Assembly: GCA_045626925.1 (NCBI GenBank)
Contig: JAZUQZ010000029.1
Location: 94,479-158,478 of the forward strand
DNA from: Candidatus Aphodoplasma sp.
Lineage (GTDB): Bacteria; Bacillota; Clostridia; UBA1381; UMGS1253
Direction: 5' to 3'
Length of the DNA: 64,000 bases
Positions 17,204 to 27,791 of this stretch are shown piece after piece. The position numbers and the translations under genes were made by a program. Each line of letters starts with the position of its first letter. Positions within the stretch are counted from its first letter, which is position 1. The notes beneath the pieces are model-generated. The model did no database searches. It was not told the DNA's origin and saw only the letters and a program-made list of their open reading frames with translations.

Positions 17204-18241
17204 ATGAGGCAGTTTATAAAATATAAGCTTTTTACATCATTTATATGTGCATGCGTGGTTTGTTCGGTTGTGGCGGGGGCTTTTGGGATTGTTTATGAGC
17301 GCACAAAAACGATTGTGACATCGGGCGAGCAAGAGGAAAACAAACATATAAAATGGTTCGAATTTGATGCGACAAACGATGTGCTTACGCGTGCTATGAA
17401 AGCAGATATAGAGTCAGAGAAAAACGATGGGATAAAGCTTGATTGGATAAAAATTATTGCATGCCTTGCCACTAAAAATGGCGGCAAGCTTAAAAGCGTA
17501 AAAAGCACTGATATAGACGAGATTTGCAAAAAAATGAGTGCGGGCGAAGCGCCGGAAAAAATTGCCGGAAATGAAGAATATTATAACTATTATTATGAGG
17601 GTTATCGTGCGGCTCTTGGTGGTCTTGTGGGGCATTATGAGATTGAGCAGGATACAGAGGAAGGAAGAAAAATGGTGAGAAAATATGGTCTCAAAGCCTT
17701 TTCTCCCATAGCAAAGGGGTATGGGTTTTCGCACTATGACGATTTTGGTGCAAATAGGACATATGGATTTGCGCGCAAGCATCTTGGCAACGATTTGATG
17801 GGCAGTGTGGGAACACCGATAGTAGCAGTCGAATCAGGTGTGGTAGAGGCGCTTGGGTGGAACAGATATGGCGGGTGGCGTATAGGTATACGCTCGTTTG
17901 ATGGTATGCGATACTATTATTATGCGCATCTTCGAAAGGATAGGCCATATCATAGCTCGCTTGTTGAAGGAAAAACCGTCACAGCGGGCGATGTGATTGG
18001 ATATCTTGGTATGAGTGGATACAGTACAAAAGAAAACACAAATAATATAAATGTGCCGCATTTGCATTTTGGCCTCCAGCTTATATTTGATGAGGCACAA
18101 AAGGAATCCAATAACGAGATATGGCTTGATATGTATCAGTTTATAGAATTTTTGCAGAAGAATAAATCGTCTGTTATAAAGGACGATTCAAAGGAGTATA
18201 ACAGAGAGTACATGATGCGCGATCCAAATGCATATGAATAG
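17204..18241 (+). CDS. M23 family metallopeptidase (LytM-type), membrane anchored
   Basis: N-terminal TM helix. M23 motifs HLGNDL ... GMSGYST ... PHLHFGL. Confidence 0.85.
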   Translation: MRQFIKYKLFTSFICACVVCSVVAGAFGIVYERTKTIVTSGEQEENKHIKWFEFDATNDVLTRAMKADIESEKNDGIKLDWIKIIACLATKNGGKLKSVKSTDIDEICKKMSAGEAPEKIAGNEEYYNYYYEGYRAALGGLVGHYEIEQDTEEGRKMVRKYGLKAFSPIAKGYGFSHYDDFGANRTYGFARKHLGNDLMGSVGTPIVAVESGVVEALGWNRYGGWRIGIRSFDGMRYYYYAHLRKDRPYHSSLVEGKTVTAGDVIGYLGMSGYSTKENTNNINVPHLHFGLQLIFDEAQKESNNEIWLDMYQFIEFLQKNKSSVIKDDSKEYNREYMMRDPNAYE

Positions 18242-18263
18242 TCAAGCGTGCATTAAACATTAT

Positions 18264-18297
18264 GGCAGGTGTGTATTTTTACACATCTGCCTTTAAA
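18264..18297 (+). terminator. Rho-independent terminator after the M23 peptidase gene
   Basis: Stem GGCAGGTGTGT / ACACATCTGCC followed by TTTAAATT. Confidence 0.65.
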
Positions 18298-18343
18298 TTA
18301 TGCTGTTTAGTTAGTAAATAAATATGCTAAATTCCAAAATTAG

Positions 18344-18372
18344 TTGCAATTCATATAAAAATATGCTATAAT
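18344..18372 (+). promoter_or_regulatory. Promoter candidate for yicC-remA-gmk-rpoZ...
   Basis: TTGCAA (18344-18349), 17-nt spacer, TATAAT (18367-18372). Confidence 0.6.
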
Positions 18373-18445
18373 AACATGATATAATTTGGAGGCAGAGTAT
18401 CGTGAGCGAAGATGCTCGTAATAATATATTCGGGGGCTGATAAAA

Positions 18446-19324
18446 GTGATAAAAAGTATGACGGGCTATGGCCATGTTGAAGGGATTTTTGACACAAAAA
18501 AGATTGTTGCTGAGGTGCGTTCGGTAAACCACAGATATGCGGATTATAATATAAAGGTTCCGCGTTGTTATGGCTTTTTGGAGGAAAAGGTCAGAGGTTT
18601 TGTATCCTCATATATAAGCCGTGGCAAAGTGGATGTTTATATATCCGTTGAGAGCTATGGCGATAGTGACAAGCAGATTGTATTAAACGATGCACTTGCG
18701 CAGAGCTATATAGACGCGCTTTATAAAATAAGAGATGAGTTTGGTGTGGCTGATGATATAAGTGTTTCAAGCGTTGCACGCTTTGGAGATATATTTATAT
18801 CAGAGCGAAAAGAAGAAGATGCTGAGCAGATATGGCAGCTAGTGTCAAAGGCGCTCTCTGGTGCGGTGGAACAATTCGTAAAGATGCGTGAGCGTGAAGG
18901 CGAGAGGATGTTTGCTGATATAAAAGGCAGAAGTGAATATATGTTAAGGCTTGTGGGTGAAGTTGAAGAGCGTTCACCGGAACGCGTGAAGGAATACAGA
19001 GACAGACTTTATGCAAAGCTTGAAGAAGTTTTGGAATCGACAAATATTGATGAAACGCGAATAATCACTGAGGCGGCTATATATGCTGATAAGGTTGCAG
19101 TCGATGAAGAAACAGTTCGACTTAGAAGCCATTTTACAGAGCTTGATACGATTTTGGCGTCGGATGAGCCTGCAGGGCGCAAACTTGACTTTTTGATTCA
19201 GGAAATAAATCGCGAGATAAACACAATCGGCTCAAAGGCGAATGATGTTCAGACGGCAAAAATTGTTGTAGAGCTTAAGTCGGAGCTTGAGAAAATGCGT
19301 GAACAGGTACAAAATATAGAGTAG
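18446..19324 (+). CDS. yicC: YicC family protein (stress-induced; endoribonuclease family)
   Basis: [10 protein letters not shown]-terminus and the C-terminal [15 protein letters not shown] motif. Confidence 0.9.
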   Translation: MIKSMTGYGHVEGIFDTKKIVAEVRSVNHRYADYNIKVPRCYGFLEEKVRGFVSSYISRGKVDVYISVESYGDSDKQIVLNDALAQSYIDALYKIRDEFGVADDISVSSVARFGDIFISERKEEDAEQIWQLVSKALSGAVEQFVKMREREGERMFADIKGRSEYMLRLVGEVEERSPERVKEYRDRLYAKLEEVLESTNIDETRIITEAAIYADKVAVDEETVRLRSHFTELDTILASDEPAGRKLDFLIQEINREINTIGSKANDVQTAKIVVELKSELEKMREQVQNIE

Positions 19325-19371
19325 AGCTTATTTGTATTTTGTTTTATATTTTTTTAGAGGATGTGATAGCT

Positions 19372-19635
19372 TTGAAACTTATAAACATTGGATTTGGTAA
19401 TATTGTGGCAGCGAATCGCGTTGTTGCAATTGTAAGTCCCGAATCGGCACCGATAAAAAGAATGGTGCAAGAGGCGCGTGATAAGGGCGTGCTTATTGAT
19501 GCGACATTTGGTCGCCGCACTCGTGCAGTTGTTGTAACAGATAGCGAGCATATTGTTCTTTCTGCTCTTCAACCGGAAACGATTGCAAATCGTTTTGGCG
19601 CCAGTGTAGCAAGCGAGGAGGAAAATAATGATTGA
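19372..19635 (+). CDS. remA: RemA/DUF370 family regulatory protein
   Basis: [36 protein letters not shown]...[15 protein letters not shown] 19372 lies 10 nt after AGAGGA. The track ORF begins at 19339. Confidence 0.85.
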   Translation: MKLINIGFGNIVAANRVVAIVSPESAPIKRMVQEARDKGVLIDATFGRRTRAVVVTDSEHIVLSALQPETIANRFGASVASEEENND

Positions 19636-20239
19636 TAAACAGGGACTTTTGATTGTTGTGTCGGGCCCTTCAGGTACGGGCAAGGGCACAATATGCAAAC
19701 GACTTTTGGAAAAAAATCCGGACATGTTTTTATCTGTGTCTGCTACGACACGCGCCCCGCGTGAAGGGGAAGAGCACGGTGTGCATTATTACTTTATGAG
19801 CGAGCAGGAGTTTTTAGACAATGTTAAAAACGAGGGTATGCTTGAACATGCAGTATTTTGTGAAAACTATTATGGCACACCGAAAAAGATTGTCGATGAA
19901 ATGCTCAATAACGGAAGAGATGTAATACTTGAAATTGAGGTACAGGGCGCGATGAAGGTGCGCTCAAAAATGCCCGAGGGTGTGTATGTATTTGTTGTGC
20001 CACCGTCTATGGACGAACTTAAAAAGCGTCTTTCGGGGCGCGGGACAGAAACACAAGAGGTTATAGAAAAAAGGATTAACACGGCTATACATGAATTTGG
20101 ATATATAGAAAAATATAACTATATACTGTTAAATGACGATGTCGAAAGTGCAGTAGAAAGACTTGAAGCAATTATAAATGCGGAGCATTGTCGTATTGAA
20201 AGAAATAAAAAAATTATAGAAGAGGTGTGTAACTCATGA
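19628..20239 (+). CDS. gmk: Guanylate kinase
   Basis: P-loop GPSGTGKGT, plus [13 protein letters not shown] and YYF motifs. Confidence 0.93.
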   Translation: MIDKQGLLIVVSGPSGTGKGTICKRLLEKNPDMFLSVSATTRAPREGEEHGVHYYFMSEQEFLDNVKNEGMLEHAVFCENYYGTPKKIVDEMLNNGRDVILEIEVQGAMKVRSKMPEGVYVFVVPPSMDELKKRLSGRGTETQEVIEKRINTAIHEFGYIEKYNYILLNDDVESAVERLEAIINAEHCRIERNKKIIEEVCNS

Positions 20240-20502
20240 TTTATCCCCCAATTGCAGAATTAGTTAAAAAAACAAAGACAAGATATTCGCTTGCCATACT
20301 TACTGCGCGTCGTGCGCGTCAGCTTGGCGCTGAAAAGGATGGCGAATATGATGGCAAATTTGATGAAGCAATTTTGAAAGCAATGGACGAAATATATGAA
20401 GAAAAGGTTAGTGCAAGACCGAAGAACTACTATTTTGACCATATGACATCATCTGAAAAAGTAACAGACGATACAATAGTAGACAACGAGCTTGATGCAT
20501 AA
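20236..20502 (+). CDS. rpoZ: DNA-directed RNA polymerase subunit omega
   Basis: 88 aa with ...RYSLAILTARRARQL... Conserved position after gmk. Confidence 0.88.
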   Translation: MIYPPIAELVKKTKTRYSLAILTARRARQLGAEKDGEYDGKFDEAILKAMDEIYEEKVSARPKNYYFDHMTSSEKVTDDTIVDNELDA

Positions 20503-20528
20503 GAGAAATTTTAAAAGGCGGCGAGATT

Positions 20529-21734
20529 ATGCTTAGCGGAAAATGTGTTGTAGTAGGAGTATGTGGCGGAATTGCGGCGTATAAGGCGGCGCATGTTGTA
20601 AGTATGCTTAAAAAACTTGGGGCAGATGTGCATGTTATAATGACCGATGCGGCACAGGAATTTGTCGGCAAGATTACATTTCAGACACTTTCACAAAATC
20701 TTGTGACATGTGATATGTTCGACGAACCAAAAACATGGGAGGTCGAGCATATTGAGCTTGCTACAAAGGCGGATTTGTTTTTGGTGGTGCCTGCGACGGC
20801 TAATACAATAGCGAAAATGGCAAATGGAATTGCGGATAATATGCTTACATGCGTATATATGGCGACAAAAGCAAAGGTGCTTGTTGCACCGGCTATGAAT
20901 AAAAATATGTACGACAATCCTGCAACAATTGAAAATATACAAAAGCTGTTGGACCGTGGGTGCAGGTTTGTAGACGCGGATGAAGGCTTTTTGGCGTGCG
21001 GTACAACCGGTAAGGGAAGACTTGCCGAGCCGGACAGAATTATAGAAGCAGTTATAGATGAAATTGCATTTGAAAAGGATTTGCGCGCATTAAAGGTTTT
21101 AGTAAGTGCCGGTGCGACGCGTGAGTCGATTGACCCTGTGCGATTTATAACAAATCATTCGTCGGGCAAAATGGGCTATGCGCTTGCACGCGCAGCAAAA
21201 AGGCGCGGCGCCGATGTTGTGCTTGTAAGCGGAAAAACAAACCTTGATGATATTGACGGTGTAAAAATGATTAAGGTTGAAAGCGCAAAGCAGATGCATG
21301 ATGAAATTGTAGAAAGAAGCACAAACAGTGACATAATTATAAAGGCGGCAGCAGTGGCAGATTATGCACCGACGAGTGTGAGTGACAATAAAATTAAAAA
21401 GACAAATGACGATATGACAATAGAGCTTTGTAAAAATCCTGATATCCTTTTAGAGCTTGGGCAAAAAAAGCTCGAAGGGCAAGTGCTTGTCGGTTTTTGT
21501 ATGGAAACGCAGAACCTTTTGGATAATGCAAAGGATAAGCTTGTGCGGAAAAACTGTGATTTGATTGTTGCAAACAATGTTTTAAATGAGGGAGCAGGCT
21601 TTGGCACAGATACGAATACTGTTACGATTTTGTGTGATGATGGTCAAGTGCTTACGCCTCAAAATATGTCAAAGGATAACCTTGCTCACATTATTTTAGA
21701 TGCAGCAAAGAAAAAATATAACGAAAAGAACTGA
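20529..21734 (+). CDS. coaBC: Bifunctional phosphopantothenoylcysteine decarboxylase / phosphopantothenate-cysteine ligase
   Basis: 401 aa. Flavoprotein N-domain (GVCGGIAAYKA, PATANTIAKMANGIADN) and a DFP C-domain (ITNHSSGKMG). Confidence 0.92.
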   Translation: MLSGKCVVVGVCGGIAAYKAAHVVSMLKKLGADVHVIMTDAAQEFVGKITFQTLSQNLVTCDMFDEPKTWEVEHIELATKADLFLVVPATANTIAKMANGIADNMLTCVYMATKAKVLVAPAMNKNMYDNPATIENIQKLLDRGCRFVDADEGFLACGTTGKGRLAEPDRIIEAVIDEIAFEKDLRALKVLVSAGATRESIDPVRFITNHSSGKMGYALARAAKRRGADVVLVSGKTNLDDIDGVKMIKVESAKQMHDEIVERSTNSDIIIKAAAVADYAPTSVSDNKIKKTNDDMTIELCKNPDILLELGQKKLEGQVLVGFCMETQNLLDNAKDKLVRKNCDLIVANNVLNEGAGFGTDTNTVTILCDDGQVLTPQNMSKDNLAHIILDAAKKKYNEKN

Positions 21735-21761
21735 TTTTAAATATTAAATATGGAGGCTGCT

Positions 21762-24224
21762 ATGGTTGTCGGTGTAATAGTTTCAAAAACTGCAAGACAG
21801 GTCGATAGGATTTTTGACTATGATGTGCCGGCACCGCTATGCGCTGACATATGTATTGGAAGTCGGGTTATAGTGCCGTTTGGCGTCAGAAGCATGCTCT
21901 GTGAAGGGTATGTTTTTGAAATTAGGGAAGAATCTGATGCAAAAAGGCTTAAACAGATAGAAAGCATAGTAGACAAAGAGCCGGCTTTTGACAAAAATGG
22001 CGCACAGCTTATAGAATATCTTCGCGAAAAGACGCTTTGTACCTATATCGAGGCGGTACACATTTTAATCCCTACCGGTACAAATGTGATATTTGAACAG
22101 TGGGTAGAGCTTTTGGAGTGCGACAGCGATATAAAAGAAAAGTGTATAAAAAAATCGCCGATAAAGCAAGAGATTATAGATGTGCTTGGGCGTGAAGGCG
22201 GCAAGAGCGAGCTTGGGCGTTTGATGTCTATGTGGGAGAGCAATATAAGAGCGCACATAAACACGCTCGAAAAGAATGGTATTGTTAAAATAGTTCAGCA
22301 CGACAGCGTTAATGTGAAAAATCGGCTCGTGCGTTTTGTGTCGCTTAATATAGATGATGACGAGGCGCAAAGGCTTTGTGACGAGCTTGAAAAAAAGGCA
22401 CCACGCCAGGCAAAAATTATTGATATATTGCGTGCAAATGAAAAAGTGATACTATCTGACCTTGTGTATCTTGCGTCGGCATCGTATTCGACGGTGACAT
22501 CGCTTTATAAAAAGGGAATTGTGGATTTATATGATGTGGAGGTGCTTCGCAACCCTGGCATAGACAAGAAAGCTGCAAAAGAAGGCTTTAAAACACTGAC
22601 AGAGCAACAACAAAGCGCAAAAGAGAGGCTGCAGCGCTCTATGGAGAGTGGCAAAGGCGATGTGTTTTTGTTACATGGTGTAACGGGTTCGGGCAAAACC
22701 GAGGTCTATATGCATCTTATAAAGCATGCAATAAGCATGGGCAAAACGGCGATAGTGCTTGTGCCCGAGATATCGCTTACTCCACTTATGACAAAGCGAT
22801 TTGTATCGCGATTTGGTGAGCGCGTTGCAATACTTCACAGTGCGCTTTCACTTGGTGAGCGCTATGATGAGTATAAACGCATAAAGCGTGGCGAGATCGA
22901 TGTTGTAGTCGGCGCAAGGAGTGCGATTTTTGCCCCGCTTGACAATATTGGCGCGATAATAGTCGATGAAGAACACGAGTATACTTATAAATCGGAAATG
23001 GCACCGCGCTATCATGCGCGTGATGTGGCGATATATCGCGCCAGGCAATATAGCGCAGTGTGTGTGCTTGCATCGGCAACGCCGAGTATTGAAAGCTATT
23101 ATAAGGCAAAGAGCGGAGTATATAGCCTTATAGAAATGGATAGTCGTATAGGCGAGCAAAAAATGCCCACGGTTTATATAGAGGATATGAGAAAAGAGCT
23201 TGAAAATGGTAATCGCTCAATGTTTAGCGAGATGCTTTCAAATGAGCTTTTGTATAATATTGAGCATGGCGAGCAAAGTATATTATTTCTTAACAGACGC
23301 GGATTTTCGACTTTTGTTTCGTGCCGCAGCTGTGGTTATGTGGCATCGTGTCCGCATTGTAATATATCGCTTACATATCACAGATATACAAATCGGCTTG
23401 TGTGTCATTATTGTGGTTATACGCATGAAAATTATAGCATATGTCCACAGTGTGGGAGCAAATATATAAAGCACTTTGGAGCAGGCACACAGAAGCTTGA
23501 GGAGGAATTAAAAAAGAAGTTTGAGGGCATCAATACTGTAAGGATGGATTTTGATACAACATCGACAAAGAGTGCGCATGAAAAGCTTTTGAAAAAATTT
23601 GAAGACGAAAAGGCAGATGTGCTTATTGGTACCCAGATGGTGTCAAAAGGCCTTGATTTTGACAATGTAACGCTTGTTGGTGTTGTGGCAGCAGATACAT
23701 CTCTTTATGTTGATGATTACAGGAGCAGCGAGCGCACATTTAATCTTATAACACAGGTGTGCGGCAGAGCAGGTCGCGGCAAGCTTGAGGGACGGGCGAT
23801 TGTTCAGACATATACGCCCGAGCATAGCGCAATAGTGCATGCAAAAAATCATGATTATAAGGGCTTTTATAACGACGAGATAAAGCTTCGTAAGGCGATG
23901 AATTATCCGCCGTTTTGTGAGCTTGTTTCGATTTTGATAAGCGGAAAAGATGAAAAAGTGGTAAAAAGCTATGCACAAAGTGAAGCAGACAGGCTTGGGA
24001 CAATATTAAAAAACAAAGCGGGACAAAAGACGCTTCTTCTTGGACCTACGCCGGCGGCGCTTTCGAAAATAAAAGACAAGTACCGATTTATTATAGTTAT
24101 AAAGTGCGAGTGTGCAGATGAGCTTAATGATATATTAAAAAGTGTTACACAAAATGCACTAAAGCATGAAAACAGTAAACATATAAGTGTTTTGATTGAT
24201 AAAAATCCGAACAATCTATCATAG
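21762..24224 (+). CDS. priA: Primosomal protein N' (replication restart helicase)
   Basis: Walker A GVTGSGKT, DEEH box, and a Cys-rich zinc region CRSCGY..CPHC..CHYCG..CPQCG. The start could also be 21750. Confidence 0.92.
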   Translation: MVVGVIVSKTARQVDRIFDYDVPAPLCADICIGSRVIVPFGVRSMLCEGYVFEIREESDAKRLKQIESIVDKEPAFDKNGAQLIEYLREKTLCTYIEAVHILIPTGTNVIFEQWVELLECDSDIKEKCIKKSPIKQEIIDVLGREGGKSELGRLMSMWESNIRAHINTLEKNGIVKIVQHDSVNVKNRLVRFVSLNIDDDEAQRLCDELEKKAPRQAKIIDILRANEKVILSDLVYLASASYSTVTSLYKKGIVDLYDVEVLRNPGIDKKAAKEGFKTLTEQQQSAKERLQRSMESGKGDVFLLHGVTGSGKTEVYMHLIKHAISMGKTAIVLVPEISLTPLMTKRFVSRFGERVAILHSALSLGERYDEYKRIKRGEIDVVVGARSAIFAPLDNIGAIIVDEEHEYTYKSEMAPRYHARDVAIYRARQYSAVCVLASATPSIESYYKAKSGVYSLIEMDSRIGEQKMPTVYIEDMRKELENGNRSMFSEMLSNELLYNIEHGEQSILFLNRRGFSTFVSCRSCGYVASCPHCNISLTYHRYTNRLVCHYCGYTHENYSICPQCGSKYIKHFGAGTQKLEEELKKKFEGINTVRMDFDTTSTKSAHEKLLKKFEDEKADVLIGTQMVSKGLDFDNVTLVGVVAADTSLYVDDYRSSERTFNLITQVCGRAGRGKLEGRAIVQTYTPEHSAIVHAKNHDYKGFYNDEIKLRKAMNYPPFCELVSILISGKDEKVVKSYAQSEADRLGTILKNKAGQKTLLLGPTPAALSKIKDKYRFIIVIKCECADELNDILKSVTQNALKHENSKHISVLIDKNPNNLS

Positions 24225-24250
24225 AATATAAAACATAGGAGGCAAAAAGA

Positions 24251-24721
24251 ATGGCTATAAGGCTTATTCGTAAAGAGGGCGATGAGATTTTGCGCAAAAA
24301 AAGTCGCGAGGTAAGTGTTTTTGATGATAAACTTGCATTACTTATTGATGATATGTACGATACAATGTATGAGGCAAACGGGGTAGGGCTTGCAGCGGTG
24401 CAGGTTGGTATTTTAAAGCGCGTAGTTGTAGTAGATACACGCGAGGAAGGCGAAAAATTTGAGCTTGTAAACCCTGTAATCATATCGAGTGAGGGCAGTC
24501 GCGAGGTTACTGAAGGGTGCCTTAGCGTGCCCGGTGTAAACGGATATGTAATCCGTCCCGAGAAGGTTGTATTAAAAGCACAGGACAGATATGGAAATAT
24601 GCACGAATACAGTGCGGAGGGCCTTTTGGCACAAGCATTTTGTCACGAGACAGAGCATCTTGATGGTGGGTTGTTTATAGATAAGGTTATTGAATATGTA
24701 GACAACGAAGACGACGAATAA
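24251..24721 (+). CDS. def: Peptide deformylase
   Basis: Motifs [26 protein letters not shown]. Confidence 0.95.
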   Translation: MAIRLIRKEGDEILRKKSREVSVFDDKLALLIDDMYDTMYEANGVGLAAVQVGILKRVVVVDTREEGEKFELVNPVIISSEGSREVTEGCLSVPGVNGYVIRPEKVVLKAQDRYGNMHEYSAEGLLAQAFCHETEHLDGGLFIDKVIEYVDNEDDE

Positions 24722-24750
24722 TATAAAATGATGAGTATGGGGTGATATGT

Positions 24751-25689
24751 GTGAGAGTGTTATTTATGGGAACACCTGATTTTGCGGTTGGGTGCTTTGA
24801 TGCATTATATAAAAACGGCTATGATATTGTTGCTGCAATAAGTCAGCCCGACAGACCAAAGGGCAGGGGACATAAAATGCAAATGACGCCCGTACACGAG
24901 TATGCAGAATCAAAAGGCATTGTAACATATCAGCCACAAAGCATTAAAAACGGCGAGATGCAGGAGATTTTAGACAAGACAAAACCTGATGTAATTGTCG
25001 TTGTTGCATATGGAAAAATTTTGCCCGAATATATTTTGAATTATCCAAAATACGGGTGCATAAATGTGCACGCGTCACTTTTGCCGAAATATAGAGGTGC
25101 GGCACCGATTCAAAGGTGTATAATTGACGGCGAAAAGGTAACGGGCGTTACGACGATGTATATGGAAAAAGGTCTTGATACAGGCGATATGCTTGTAAAA
25201 AAAGAGATAGAAATTATGGACGATGATACGGCAGGGACGCTTCATGATAAGCTTATGGAGCTTGGGGCAAAGGCTATTATTGAAACGCTTGACATGCTTA
25301 AAGAAGGGAGCATATGTCCTGAAAAGCAAAACGATGATGAAAGCTGTTATGCGGCTATGATTGATAAAGCCTCGGCACTTATAGACTGGAGCCAAAGTGC
25401 AGAGCAAATCGTCAACCTTGTAAGAGGGATGAATCCGTATCCGTTTGCGTATACTTTTTATCAGGGCAAGATAATGAAAATTGGAGAGGCGCATGTGGCC
25501 AAAGCTGATAAAAGTGTGGCGGCAGGCACAATTATAGATGTGTCGCGCGATGCGGTAAGCGTTTTGTGTGGCAACGGTGCGATAGATATAAAGACGGTGC
25601 AGTTTGAGGGTAAAAAAATGATGAGCATACGCGATTATATGTCGGGGCACACTATTGATAAGGGTGTTATTTTGGGAGAAGAAGCATAA
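24751..25689 (+). CDS. fmt: Methionyl-tRNA formyltransferase
   Basis: (M)RVLFMGTPDFAV..., HASLLPKYRGAAPIQ. GTG 24751 gives the canonical N-terminus; the track start is 24742. Confidence 0.92.
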   Translation: MRVLFMGTPDFAVGCFDALYKNGYDIVAAISQPDRPKGRGHKMQMTPVHEYAESKGIVTYQPQSIKNGEMQEILDKTKPDVIVVVAYGKILPEYILNYPKYGCINVHASLLPKYRGAAPIQRCIIDGEKVTGVTTMYMEKGLDTGDMLVKKEIEIMDDDTAGTLHDKLMELGAKAIIETLDMLKEGSICPEKQNDDESCYAAMIDKASALIDWSQSAEQIVNLVRGMNPYPFAYTFYQGKIMKIGEAHVAKADKSVAAGTIIDVSRDAVSVLCGNGAIDIKTVQFEGKKMMSIRDYMSGHTIDKGVILGEEA

Positions 25690-25716
25690 AAATATAACGA
25701 AAGAAGGGATTTTTCT

Positions 25717-26418
25717 ATGCCTTTATATTATCCTATTTTTGATAGCACATATTTTTGGTATGTACTCATACCTCTTATAATCTCATTATGGGCAAGTGCA
25801 AGGGTAAATTCTACCTTTAAAAAATATTCTGAATTTTCAAATTCGCGCAATTTGACTGCATCAGAGGTCACACGGACAATACTTGATAAAAGCGGTCTTG
25901 GTTCTGTAAGAGTGGAGCGCGTTGCGGGCGAGCTTACGGACCATTATGACCCGCGCACGAACACGATACGACTTTCGGAGAGTGTATATGATTCGACATC
26001 TGTGGCGGCGATTGGCGTTGCAGCGCACGAAGCGGGCCACGCTGCACAGCATGATAAGGGATATTTGCCGATAAAGCTGCGCAATATGCTTGTTCCGGTG
26101 GCAAACTTTTCGGCGCGTCTTGCTATGCCGCTTATTTTGTTTGGGTTTTTGCTTGAGTTGGGTGGACTTGTAAATATTGCAATTATTTTATATAGTGCGG
26201 TGGTGTTGTTTTCACTTATAACACTACCTGTTGAATACAATGCGTCAAGAAGAGCGCTTGTTACGCTTGATGAATATGGCATTTTGACCGATGAAGAAAA
26301 TTCTGCTGCAAAAAAGGTGCTTGGGGCAGCGGCTATGACATATGTTGCCTCGATGCTTGCTGCGCTTGGGAGTTTTTTGCGTATACTCGCGATTTTTGGC
26401 GGGCGAAGAGATCGCTAA
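25717..26418 (+). CDS. Membrane zinc metallopeptidase (Zn_peptidase_2-like)
   Basis: 233 aa with HEAGHAAQH and flanking TM helices. Confidence 0.8.
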   Translation: MPLYYPIFDSTYFWYVLIPLIISLWASARVNSTFKKYSEFSNSRNLTASEVTRTILDKSGLGSVRVERVAGELTDHYDPRTNTIRLSESVYDSTSVAAIGVAAHEAGHAAQHDKGYLPIKLRNMLVPVANFSARLAMPLILFGFLLELGGLVNIAIILYSAVVLFSLITLPVEYNASRRALVTLDEYGILTDEENSAAKKVLGAAAMTYVASMLAALGSFLRILAIFGGRRDR

Positions 26419-26448
26419 ATGACGAAAAAATTTTAAAGGATTTGTAAT

Positions 26449-27789
26449 ATGGAGCATACAAACAATAACGCACGAATGTGTGCGTATAAGATACTTTATA
26501 AAATTGAAAAAGACGATGCATTTTCAAATATCGCGCTCAAGGAAGGCCTTGGCACAAGTGCGCTAAATGCGGCGGACAGGCGTCTTGTTACAACGATTGT
26601 GTACGGGTGCGTCAAATACAGACGCTATCTTGATTATGTGATATCGCGTTTTTCAAGTGTAAAGATAAAAAAGCTTTCGACAAATGTGCTCTTGATATTG
26701 CGAATGGGAATATATCAGATTATAAAGCTTGACCGCGTGCCTGACAGTGCGGCGGTAAACGAAAGTGTAAAGCTTGCCTCAAAGCTTGCATATCGTTCGA
26801 AAGGTTTTATCAATGCGCTTTTGCGCAAGGTATCTGCTGAAAAGAGCAGAATTGATTTGCCGGTGGATTTGTGTGAAAGGCTTGGGGTAGAGTATTCATA
26901 TCCTGATGAGCTTGTGAAAATGTGGCTTGATGATTATGGCGAGGCGTTTTGTGAGGAGCTTATGCGTGCATCTAATGAGAGCGCGCCGCTGACTGTGCGT
27001 GTGAACACATTGAAAACAGATGAAGACACACTTATAAAACGACTTTGTGATGATGGTATTAGAGCAAAAAAAACGAACATTAAAAATATGCTTATTCTTG
27101 ATGGAAATGATATTGCATCGCTTGATAGTTATAGGGAGGGACTTTTCACGCCCCAGGGTATAGGCTCGTATCTTGCGTGCATGGCTCTTGGTGTATCTTG
27201 TGGCGATGTTGCAGTGGATTTGTGTGCTGCGCCGGGCGGCAAGAGTACACATATAGCCGAGCTTATGAACAATTCGGGCATAATACATTCGTTTGATATA
27301 CATGAGCACAGGACAGCACTTATAGAAAATAGTGCGGGAAGGCTTGGTATAGATATTATAAAAGCACAGGTGGCCGATAGTTCGGTTTGTATGAATAAGC
27401 ATATACAAAGTGCCGATGCGGTGCTTGCCGATGTGCCGTGCAGCGGCCTTGGAATTATACGAAAAAAACCTGATATAAAGTGGAGCTTTGACAAAGATGA
27501 GTTAGAGGAACTTGCAAGGTTGCAGTATGCGATTTTATGTACGGGTGCAAAATATGTAAAGGTTGGTGCTACGCTCGTATATAGTACTTGTACTATTTCA
27601 AAGACAGAAAACATGGGAGTAGTGGAGCGGTTTTTGAAAGAAAATGATAATTTTACACTTTGCTCTATAGACGATATAGTTCCAAAAGAATATAAAAAAC
27701 CGAGCGCAAAGCAAGGATATGTCGAGTTTTATCCAAACATAGACGGCATCGATGGCTTTTTTATATGCAAAATGAAAAGGAAGTGCTGA
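26449..27789 (+). CDS. rsmB: 16S rRNA (cytosine967-C5)-methyltransferase
   Basis: NusB-like N-domain plus a SAM methyltransferase domain: DLCAAPGGKS, DVPCSGLG, YSTCT. Confidence 0.9.
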   Translation: MEHTNNNARMCAYKILYKIEKDDAFSNIALKEGLGTSALNAADRRLVTTIVYGCVKYRRYLDYVISRFSSVKIKKLSTNVLLILRMGIYQIIKLDRVPDSAAVNESVKLASKLAYRSKGFINALLRKVSAEKSRIDLPVDLCERLGVEYSYPDELVKMWLDDYGEAFCEELMRASNESAPLTVRVNTLKTDEDTLIKRLCDDGIRAKKTNIKNMLILDGNDIASLDSYREGLFTPQGIGSYLACMALGVSCGDVAVDLCAAPGGKSTHIAELMNNSGIIHSFDIHEHRTALIENSAGRLGIDIIKAQVADSSVCMNKHIQSADAVLADVPCSGLGIIRKKPDIKWSFDKDELEELARLQYAILCTGAKYVKVGATLVYSTCTISKTENMGVVERFLKENDNFTLCSIDDIVPKEYKKPSAKQGYVEFYPNIDGIDGFFICKMKRKC

Positions 27790-27791
27790 TA

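Noticed and set aside
18402-18440. 12-codon uORF (MSEDARNNIFGG*) with a GGAGG RBS in the yicC leader
   Set aside because: It cannot be distinguished from a chance ORF, and its 3' end overlaps the yicC SD. I noted it but did not call it. Conservation analysis or ribosome profiling would be needed.
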